From positions 124,001 through 188,000 of the IMG/VR virus record IMGVR_UViG_3300024503_000485: DNA of 64,000 nucleotides. One strand, 5' to 3'. Below the pieces are notes generated by a model. That model was not told the origin of the DNA, did no database searches, and saw only the letters and a list, made by a program, of their open reading frames with translations. Below are positions 1 to 7,175 of the stretch, piece by piece. The first letter of the stretch is position 1, and every line of letters starts with the position of its first letter. The translations under genes were made by a program, and so were the position numbers.

Positions 1-2894
1 CTTATGTCTCCACCGGCAATTTGGCTTGTTGCTAACAAGTTTGCTTGTTCTTGAGATAATCCAGAAGTGCCCATACCAAGTTTGCTAGCCATTCCGGCTT
101 GACCTTTTTTCATATACCAAGCACTAACTTCCGCAGCAACCTGTGGATCGTTAACTAAATCTGGATTTTTAACTAATCTATCATCACCGTAGATGGCTTT
201 TGATGCAGCGGCATAATTATTTTTACCAGTTAACTGAATAAAACCTCTGCCTCTATATTTCCATCCATCTCCGGGTTCCGTATTCCCCATTTGACGACCC
301 ATTGCTGTGCCGGAACCATACATCATTTCGCCCATTTTTTGCTGGTCGCCTTTGATAGCATTTAGTTCTGCATCGGATTTTCCAGCAGCCCTACTACCAA
401 ATATTTTTCTAATACGATCGTTAGATGTATTAGCATAATTCATATTTTCAGAAATACTCTTACCGCCAGTTTCTTTCATTATGTTGCCTTTGACAGCAGC
501 AACATAAGCAGGATCAGTAATTCCTTGTTTTTTAAGAGCTGCTTCAACTAGAGCCATGTTTTTCTGTTGATCTTGATTTAACGGTCCAGCAGCTCCTGGG
601 GCCGGTCCTCCTGTTGGTGCAGCGGGTGCAGTAGCAGGTGTGGCAGGTGAAGGAGCTCCTCCTCCCATAGTTTTTCTTTCTTTAAAGGCTTTAAATGTTT
701 CTTCAGGACTTGTGTAATTAATTTTCTTCTGTGCTTCTACTTGAGCTTCTGTTGTTTTAGTTGCCTCTTGAGCCGCAGCGGTAGCAGCTTGTGTTGTTTT
801 AGTATGTTCTTGAGTAGCTTTCTTATCTTCCTCGTAAGTTCCACGTTCTATTGCTTTTTGTTTTCTCTTATCGTCTCTATCTTTTTCTTTAGCGTCAAGT
901 TCTTTACGTTGGTCATCCCTTAAGGCTCTACGTCTATCAGCTTCTGCTTTACTAATACCACCAATTGCATTTGGTATTTTCTCTAATAAAGAATCCATCC
1001 AATCTTGCAAAGTCATCCATAAACGTTGGAAATTATCTTTTAAAGCATCAATAATTGTTCCAAATGTCCAACCACTATCATATAATTTCTTAAAGAGATA
1101 AACAACACCTGCAACCGCTGCCGCTACTGCAATAAATGGCGCTGCGGCCGCTAGTACAGGAGCTACGGTTGCCCATACTGCTGATGCCAGTGCTGTTAAA
1201 CCTAAAACATTAACTGCTTGAACTAAATTTGCAGCAGCAGTAATGGCGCTTGAAACTACTATAAGTCCACCTAGTATTCCCATTCCTATAGCTACTTCTT
1301 TTGCATGGTCTGCCACCCAAGTCAATCCTTCAATTAATATAGGAGTTAGTTCTTCTATGGCCGCTGTAAATGACTGCAACATTTTATCTAACAACGGACT
1401 ATTAGCCAATGCTGCCATAAATTTATTTGAAAGGTCAGCTAACTTTTCCATGTTACTTTTCATTTTAGCAGGATCAAGACCTTTGGCGCCTTCTGTTAAT
1501 TGTTTTTGTCTGTCTAATTCTTGTTGTGCCGCTTGTGCTCTTAGACTTCCGTTATCTTTTTCTGCCCTGTTGGCTCGATCTAAATTAGAAACAATACCCT
1601 TGCCCCATTTTTCAGCATCATACGTGGCCAACGTTACTTGAGCAGCATTTTTTTGACTAGCAATAGCACCAGCATTGAATGCTTCGTCAATCTTAAATGC
1701 TCCTTCTCTAGTCATTGTTCCTGATTGTCTAATATCACGAGAAGCCTGTAGCAATGCTTTTGCGGCCTGCGGATTTGTAATCATTAATTGCTGAGCTGCT
1801 TCGCTGTTTAATGATCCTGTGGCTAAAATAGTTTGTGCTGCTTGTTTTTCAGATTCACTCATGCTATCCATTAGCATGTTTAAATTTTTAGCACCTTCTT
1901 TTCCAACTTTAGCCTGTAATATTCTAAACTGCGCATCGGCTTGTCTTGCTTCTTGTTCTCTTTGAAGTATTTCTTTATTCTTACCAGTAAGTTTTGAAAC
2001 AGCATCTAAATTTCTTAGATAGTCACCCGTATCTTTAACTAACTCTTCGTTTGAAACTCTTACTCCGCCGGCGCTCTTTGTGACTATTGCTGAATATCTA
2101 GCAATGCCATTATTAATATCTTCAGTTGAATAACCCAATCTTGCAAGTTCGTCTCCAAGTTGACTATTTCTAATCTTCTGAGACATTTCACTTAAACGTT
2201 TTGCACCTTGAGTTACACTACCGCCAAATAATGCTAAGTTCTCGCTGTTATTTTTAATAATGCTTGTGTACTGGTCAAGTGTTAGCCCTGTTGCCGAAAC
2301 TTGACGTTGCATTTCTTGAATGCTTCCTCCGAAGTTTGCACCAACACTTGCTGCTTTGTTAAACGATTCATAAGTTTTTGTAGCAGCGCCTGCTACAGCA
2401 CCAAAGGCCGACCCAAGAACTCCACCAAAAATTGGAATCTTGCCAATAATGCCGCCAACAGCATTGATGTTGTTTCCCATATTGGCAAGATCATTCATTA
2501 ACCCAAAGAATGATGATCCTAATGCACTGGCACTACTAGCAACTTTTGTAAATCCAGAAGCAACTAATTTTGTCCCTTCAATAAATTTTTCCTGGGCTCT
2601 AAGTTCTTCTTGATATTGTTTTATCTTTTCTTTTTGAGCTTTGTTTTCTTCTTCGTCTTGTTTTATCTTTTCTTTTTGCAGTTTGGTTAATTTTTTAAAT
2701 CCGTCCGATGATTCTTCAAGTTGCTTGTAGAATTTTTTCATCGACTCTGCAATTTGTTTTTCAGATTTGCCGTCTTTGCCTTGTTTAGCAGCCAACAGAG
2801 CAACAGCACGGACAAGTTCCTTGAGGGTGGCTTCGGTAGCCGCGTTGTTTAATTCAATTGGTTGACCGCCTAGATCACCGGTTACTTCTGCCAT
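1..2894 (-). CDS. Tape measure protein with C-terminal GH19 lysozyme/chitinase-like domain (3' end outside the window; absent from the ORF track)
   Basis: ATG at 2894 (MAEVTGDLGGQPIELNNAATEATLKEL); helical Ala/Gln-rich body; hydrophobic stretch near 1100-1300; Pro/Ala linker near 590-660; GH19 motif GDGWKYRGRGFIQLTGKNNY near 210-275 in the same frame. Confidence 0.85.
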   Translation of the reverse strand, partial: MAEVTGDLGGQPIELNNAATEATLKELVRAVALLAAKQGKDGKSEKQIAESMKKFYKQLEESSDGFKKLTKLQKEKIKQDEEENKAQKEKIKQYQEELRAQEKFIEGTKLVASGFTKVASSASALGSSFFGLMNDLANMGNNINAVGGIIGKIPIFGGVLGSAFGAVAGAATKTYESFNKAASVGANFGGSIQEMQRQVSATGLTLDQYTSIIKNNSENLALFGGSVTQGAKRLSEMSQKIRNSQLGDELARLGYSTEDINNGIARYSAIVTKSAGGVRVSNEELVKDTGDYLRNLDAVSKLTGKNKEILQREQEARQADAQFRILQAKVGKEGAKNLNMLMDSMSESEKQAAQTILATGSLNSEAAQQLMITNPQAAKALLQASRDIRQSGTMTREGAFKIDEAFNAGAIASQKNAAQVTLATYDAEKWGKGIVSNLDRANRAEKDNGSLRAQAAQQELDRQKQLTEGAKGLDPAKMKSNMEKLADLSNKFMAALANSPLLDKMLQSFTAAIEELTPILIEGLTWVADHAKEVAIGMGILGGLIVVSSAITAAANLVQAVNVLGLTALASAVWATVAPVLAAAAPFIAVAAAVAGVVYLFKKLYDSGWTFGTIIDALKDNFQRLWMTLQDWMDSLLEKIPNAIGGISKAEADRRRALRDDQRKELDAKEKDRDDKRKQKAIERGTYEEDKKATQEHTKTTQAATAAAQEATKTTEAQVEAQKKINYTSPEETFKAFKERKTMGGGAPSPATPATAPAAPTGGPAPGAAGPLNQDQQKNMALVEAALKKQGITDPAYVAAVKGNIMKETGGKSISENMNYANTSNDRIRKIFGSRAAGKSDAELNAIKGDQQKMGEMMYGSGTAMGRQMGNTEPGDGWKYRGRGFIQLTGKNNYAAASKAIYGDDRLVKNPDLVNDPQVAAEVSAWYMKKGQAGMASKLGMGTSGLSQEQANLLATSQIAGGDI

Positions 2895-2921
2895 TATTCA
2901 AAATCCCAGAAAAGTGCGTAC

Positions 2922-2928
2922 ATAAATA
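2922..2928 (+). promoter_or_regulatory. Late (gp55-type) promoter ATAAATA
   Basis: Matches the core of the T4 late consensus TATAAATA; 34 nt upstream of the ATG at 2963. Confidence 0.65.
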
Positions 2929-2943
2929 CGTATGATTACTTTT

Positions 2944-2950
2944 TATTTAT
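2944..2950 (-). promoter_or_regulatory. Late promoter ATAAATA for the tape measure gene
   Basis: tatttat on the + strand; 49 nt upstream of the ATG at 2894. Confidence 0.65.
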
Positions 2951-2962
2951 CGGGGTTAAAAA

Positions 2963-3823
2963 ATGGTAGAAAATCCATCAATTGCTAAACCAACAAATCC
3001 GTTGGCAGCGTTTTTTAGACAACCAAAGTTATATGTAACTTTACCAAGTCACGGCAAATATTATCCGCCGGGAGTATTGGATCAGAGTGAGAATGGCGAA
3101 TACGCTGTCTATGCTATGACCGCTAAGGACGAACTTATGTTTAAAACTCCCGATGCGTTAATGAATGGTCAAGCAACCGTTGAACTAATAAAAAGCTGTG
3201 TGCCTGCTATTAAAGATCCTTGGAAAATGCCAAGTTTAGATTTAGATGCTGTTTTAATTGCTATTAGAACAGCAACCTACGGTGAAATGATGGAAGTTGA
3301 TGCGGATTGCCCTGAATGCAGTAATCGAAGTACATTTGAAATTAATCTTGTGAGTTATCTTGATAAACTTAATAATTTTAGATATGTAGATCAACTTGAA
3401 GTTCCACCGTTAACTATTACTATTAGACCTTATTCATATCAAGAAATTACTAAGGCTAGTATTAAAGCATTAGAACAACAAAAAGTATTAAACGTTGTTA
3501 CTAACGATTCATTGTCAGATGAAGAAAAATTAGAGCAATTTGGCGAAAGTTTTATTAAATTAACCGAATTAACCGTAGATGTTATTGCAGGATGTATCAC
3601 TAGTATTACTACGCCAGAAGCTACCGTAACTGATTCTGTTATGATTAAAGAATTTATTAACAATGCATCAACTGATGTGTTTAATACAATTAATAAACAT
3701 GTAACAGAAATGAAAGGTAGAATTGATCTACAGACTCAAGAAGTCGAGTGTACAGAATGTCATCATCAATATACTATTAACTTAGTAATGGATCAATCAA
3801 ATTTTTTCGCAGTAAGGTCTTAA
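2963..3823 (+). CDS. Baseplate hub/tail assembly chaperone, T4 gp26-like
   Basis: 286 aa; N-terminus with KLYVTLPSHG and MTAKDEL segments resembling gp26-like proteins; two CxxC pairs (CPEC, CTEC); divergent from the tape measure gene. Confidence 0.6.
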   Translation: MVENPSIAKPTNPLAAFFRQPKLYVTLPSHGKYYPPGVLDQSENGEYAVYAMTAKDELMFKTPDALMNGQATVELIKSCVPAIKDPWKMPSLDLDAVLIAIRTATYGEMMEVDADCPECSNRSTFEINLVSYLDKLNNFRYVDQLEVPPLTITIRPYSYQEITKASIKALEQQKVLNVVTNDSLSDEEKLEQFGESFIKLTELTVDVIAGCITSITTPEATVTDSVMIKEFINNASTDVFNTINKHVTEMKGRIDLQTQEVECTECHHQYTINLVMDQSNFFAVRS

Positions 3824-4035
3824 ACCTCCCAAGGCCGGAGATCTTACATCTTGTTTCAAAATTAGAAAAAGAGGCTAGGGAGATTAAAAAGGATGTCCTC
3901 AAGGCTTGTTGGTATATGCGAGGACTTTCTTATAGTGAAGGTATGAATCTAAGTTATGAAGAGCGCCAAATTATTGGCGAGATTATCAAAGATAATTTAG
4001 AGACCACTAAGAAAAGCGGCCTCCCATTCTTTTAA
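3781..4035 (+). CDS. gp51-like small assembly ORF, probably reached by -1 frameshift (first ATG only at 3916); absent from the ORF track
   Basis: Open frame ...KLEKEAREIKKDVLKACWYMRGLSYSEGMNLSYEERQIIGEIIKDNLETTKKSGLPFF*; the tail resembles the gp51-like YS..E...M...ER pattern. Confidence 0.65.
   Translation, partial: LSNGSIKFFRSKVLNLPRPEILHLVSKLEKEAREIKKDVLKACWYMRGLSYSEGMNLSYEERQIIGEIIKDNLETTKKSGLPFF
3799..3808 (+). other. Candidate -1 programmed ribosomal frameshift site (A AAT TTT overlapping T TTT TTC)
   Basis: Two overlapping X XXY YYZ heptamers in the correct frame just before the stop of 2963..3823; the -1 frame is open 3781-4035. Confidence 0.7.
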
Positions 4036-5145
4036 TTACTTTTTAAAAATACTTGTTGCACCTGATTTAACATTTTCGGTGAACAATTTCTTTTTGTGTT
4101 CTTCAATTTTTCTTTCAAGTGCTTCTGCCAAAGGATTACCTGTGTTAACTTTGCCAGCGGCTTGCACCGAAGGCTGAGCAGGAGCCTTAGCTCTTGATTT
4201 TCTCGGAGCACGTTTCTTTGTCTGCATTGTAGGTTCAACTGCGGGTTCTTGTGTTGCAGCTGGCTGTTCCGGTGCTGGTTGTTGTTGCATATTAGGATTG
4301 TTTGGATTTGCTGTATGGGTTGTTGTTCCACCAACCTTTGATGTTGTTCCACCAGTTGAGCTTGTTCCAGTGCTTACTGCCGGATTTGGTTCGCCGGCTA
4401 AGTTTGCTGCCATTTGTCCAAATGCACCTCCGCCTGCTGCTGGTTTTTCTTGTGCTGCTGGTTGTGCGCCTAATTCTTTTTGTAGTCCTGCAAGGATTCG
4501 TTGTTTACCTTTTTTATCTAGTTTAGCAATCTTAGCTTTAACCTGTGCATAAGGCGTGCCTTGTTGAGCTTGATCTTGTCCTTGACCACCTGCTGCTTGA
4601 CCTTGTGCGGGTTCCATAGTTGGTTCAATTCTTCCAGATGCATCAGGTTGTGCTGCTCCGCCTGCTGCTGGTTTTCCTTTTGCAGGTGCTGGTTGTCCGC
4701 TAGCGGCCGGTTGTTGGCCTCCTGCTTGACCTTGTGCGGGTTCTTCTTGATCTGTATCTTGCATTCCTGCTTTCTTGGCTGCATTAAGGAAAGGATTATT
4801 TTGACCAATCTTTCCTTTTTTCCACATATCTTGAGCAACTTGACGTTTAGTTATGCCTCCTTGACCACCTGCTGCTTGTTGACCACCGGCACCACCTGCT
4901 GCTTGTTGACCACCTGCTGCTTGACCTTGTGCGGGCTCTTCGTCATCTCCTGCACCTGCTACCGTACTTTTACCTGCGGCAAATCCTTTTTTAGCGGCTG
5001 CACCAAGTCCAGCTATACCACCTGCAACTGCGCCAACGCCTTTGGCAGCAGTTCCTACAGCTTTGCCAACTGCACTACCAATTTTATTCATCAATGGGCC
5101 TTCGGCAAGTTCTTTATCTTCGGTTATGAATTCATTTAATCTCAT
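4036..5145 (-). CDS. Gln/Ala/Gly/Pro-rich low-complexity putative virion (internal/ejected) protein
   Basis: 369 aa; starts MRLNEFITE; repeats of EPAQGQAAGGQ; lies downstream of the late promoter at 6691. Confidence 0.75.
   Translation of the reverse strand: MRLNEFITEDKELAEGPLMNKIGSAVGKAVGTAAKGVGAVAGGIAGLGAAAKKGFAAGKSTVAGAGDDEEPAQGQAAGGQQAAGGAGGQQAAGGQGGITKRQVAQDMWKKGKIGQNNPFLNAAKKAGMQDTDQEEPAQGQAGGQQPAASGQPAPAKGKPAAGGAAQPDASGRIEPTMEPAQGQAAGGQGQDQAQQGTPYAQVKAKIAKLDKKGKQRILAGLQKELGAQPAAQEKPAAGGGAFGQMAANLAGEPNPAVSTGTSSTGGTTSKVGGTTTHTANPNNPNMQQQPAPEQPAATQEPAVEPTMQTKKRAPRKSRAKAPAQPSVQAAGKVNTGNPLAEALERKIEEHKKKLFTENVKSGATSIFKK
4582..4935. repeat. 30-bp exact direct repeat (4582-4611 and 4906-4935) plus a 20-bp partial copy at 4721-4740
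   Basis: ttgaccacctgctgcttgaccttgtgcggg occurs twice; it encodes PAQGQAAGGQ. Confidence 0.9.
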
Positions 5146-5146
5146 T

Positions 5147-6664
5147 TTAAGCAGTTCCTAATTGTTTTTGTAAGAAGCCCATGATACGCTTTTTACTTTT
5201 CTTATCTAACTTAGCTAACTCTGATTTAACTTCTGCATATAGTGTAGCTGTTTTTTTACCATTGGCGCCACCTTGGCCACCTTGATCGGCACCGCCCTGA
5301 CCGGGTGGTGGTAGTTTCATTTGACTATAAACTTGTGTAACAATACCTGCATCAATGCCCTGATCTTGTAAAAACTTTGCTAGTTCTTCTGAATCTGTAG
5401 GAGCACCTGCTTTTTGCCAAGCAGAATTTAACTTGTCTGCCGTGACCTGTGTGGTCATGTTATGACCTTTTGTCTTGGCCCAATCAACTGCTTTGCCTGC
5501 TCCAGCTTTAACCTTGTCCATAAAGCCAGCTTCTGATAACACACGATTAAACACTAGATATACTTGACCTTCACTTAAAGGTCTAGTTTGAATATAATAA
5601 CTTTCTTGTTTTGGTTGTTTGCTGCCTGTACCAGCTGCAACTGCGCCTTGCGCAGCCGCGCCTAAGAATTTAAACACTTCTTTAGCACCTTCGGCAGCAG
5701 ATTTTAACATTGCTCGCTTGTCTGCTGTGGCAGCAATCTGAGCAATATACTCTGGATTATTAAATTTATCATCAATCATGCCCTGAAGAACTTGCCATAC
5801 CTTGTCGCTTTGAGCATAATCTCCTGCTTGCCAAGCAGAAGTAGCATCCATGAATAACTCTTTAGCATCTGCAATATCTGCTGGTTGTCCTACTAGTCCT
5901 TTAATTTCAAAGTTAGCAGAACGTGATCCTAACTCTCCCCCAACTTCATCAAAGATTTGAGTCATGTTTAATCTTCTAGCACCAGGGAATAGATTATCTT
6001 TGATAATATCAACTCCGCCACTGAGTGCATCGCCAATAAGTTCAAAGGTCTTACCAGCAATAAAACCATAGGCTGCTGTTTTAATACCTTTGCCAATGGT
6101 AGTTGAAAGTTTTTCGCCTTTGATTAGTTCAGACGAATTACGAATAATAGCACCTGCAATAGCGCCACCTACTGGGCCACCTGCAAGAGCTGCTAGAGTG
6201 GTAAGCACACCAATAATCGCTGCTGACTTACCTGGATTTTCTTTCATCCAAGTTCCCCATCCAGTTAGAGTTTTATCTAGCTCAGGAAACTTAGCACCAA
6301 CTTTAGCCTTTAAATCTTCAAACTTTTGGTCCATGTTCTTAACAGGCGTAGTATCCTGTAGCCATTTACCAACTTTATTAACTACTTCATCTGCTTTTTT
6401 AGCAACATCGATGCCTTTGCCCAGCATTGTTCTATTACCACCACCTGCACTTACACTTTGCTCTACAGATCCAAATACCTGTTTAACCTGTTCAGGGCTT
6501 AGACTAGCTTCGATAAGAGGTAGCATTTCATTATAAATGCCTTCAACAATTCTGCGTTGTTCCTTATTAAGACCGTCACAGCTTTCCTCTAATATTAATC
6601 GTGAGTTGTGCATATGTCTTTCGACAAGTAACTGATGATTTTCTAATAATGTTGATATTTTCAT
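5147..6664 (-). CDS. Putative virion internal/ejection protein with a hydrophobic helical hairpin
   Basis: 505 aa; hydrophobic segment SAAIIGVLTTLAALAGGPVGGAIAGAII; C-terminal module shared with 4036..5145; late promoter just upstream. Confidence 0.7.
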   Translation of the reverse strand: MKISTLLENHQLLVERHMHNSRLILEESCDGLNKEQRRIVEGIYNEMLPLIEASLSPEQVKQVFGSVEQSVSAGGGNRTMLGKGIDVAKKADEVVNKVGKWLQDTTPVKNMDQKFEDLKAKVGAKFPELDKTLTGWGTWMKENPGKSAAIIGVLTTLAALAGGPVGGAIAGAIIRNSSELIKGEKLSTTIGKGIKTAAYGFIAGKTFELIGDALSGGVDIIKDNLFPGARRLNMTQIFDEVGGELGSRSANFEIKGLVGQPADIADAKELFMDATSAWQAGDYAQSDKVWQVLQGMIDDKFNNPEYIAQIAATADKRAMLKSAAEGAKEVFKFLGAAAQGAVAAGTGSKQPKQESYYIQTRPLSEGQVYLVFNRVLSEAGFMDKVKAGAGKAVDWAKTKGHNMTTQVTADKLNSAWQKAGAPTDSEELAKFLQDQGIDAGIVTQVYSQMKLPPPGQGGADQGGQGGANGKKTATLYAEVKSELAKLDKKSKKRIMGFLQKQLGTA

Positions 6665-6690
6665 AAAAGACTCAAAATTGATATACTACT

Positions 6691-6697
6691 TATTTAT
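6691..6697 (-). promoter_or_regulatory. Late promoter ATAAATA
   Basis: 26 nt upstream of the ATG at 6664. Confidence 0.65.
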
Positions 6698-6699
6698 TG

Positions 6700-6721
6700 A
6701 AAAGCGAGCTAACGCTCGCTT
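6700..6721 (-). terminator. Probable intrinsic terminator of the 47-46-GIY-YIG-ncRNA transcript
   Basis: Perfect 8-bp stem AAGCGAGC/GCTCGCTT with a 4-nt loop; only a short U-run follows on the - strand. Confidence 0.5.
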
Positions 6722-6788
6722 GCTTTATCGCTTCGCTCAAAGCACTTTTCTTTTTTTTAATTATTTCAAAGATGCAGTTGAAATATAT

Positions 6789-7175
6789 TTTGCGCGAAGC
6801 GCAAATTTAGCATTATCCAGATCGTTTCAGTCACACTTTGCCCGTTGCCGGGCAAAGAAAAAACATTATCCGAGTCGAACCATGTCACACAGCAGTAGAG
6901 CATTACAGAGGCGGTTGTCCGGTACCTCGAGCTCCGTCTTTACACAACGGCGGTATACATTAATCTGCTATCACTAATGTACACGTGGGGTTTTTCTCCC
7001 CTCATTTTACCTTTACATATCCTTTTCAAACAACTAAATCGCAGGTTTTAAGCGATCTTCATCCATAAATGGGTAGTAGTTGAGTACCATTGCGGCATGG
7101 AATTCCGTCCCTGCGACCACGATTGACCAGGTTTAGAGCGCATGAAGTTAAGGCCTGCGCTAGCCAAAAACCGCT
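6789..7175 (-). ncRNA. Candidate large structured non-coding RNA; family not recognised
   Basis: No credible CDS; many stems; 9-bp stem with a GCAA (GNRA) tetraloop on the - strand (6857-6836); 12-bp stem whose loop can pair 7 bp downstream (pseudoknot); boundaries approximate. Confidence 0.6.

Noticed and set aside
4032-5139. Overlapping ORFs (4032..4352, 4298..4552, 4302..4526, 4518..4838, 4561..5139), one Cys-rich
   Set aside because: These are shadow frames of the repetitive Gln/Ala/Gly codons of 4036..5145.
6871-6881. GGTTCGACTC looks like a tRNA T-loop
   Set aside because: No 5-bp T-stem, acceptor stem, anticodon arm or CCA can be built around it; at most it is a T-loop-like motif within the larger RNA.
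6678-6977. 99-aa plus-strand ORF in the ORF track
   Set aside because: No RBS, no recognisable motifs, antisense to both neighbours, and it runs through hairpins and a poly-T tract; probably spurious.
6665-7175. Group I/II intron, tmRNA, RNase P RNA or hammerhead ribozyme
   Set aside because: I could not find P7 (GACUA/UAGUC), a group II domain V, tmRNA termini, the RNase P P4 GAGGAAAGUCC or the CUGAUGA/GAAA core; the flanking genes are intact rather than split exons.
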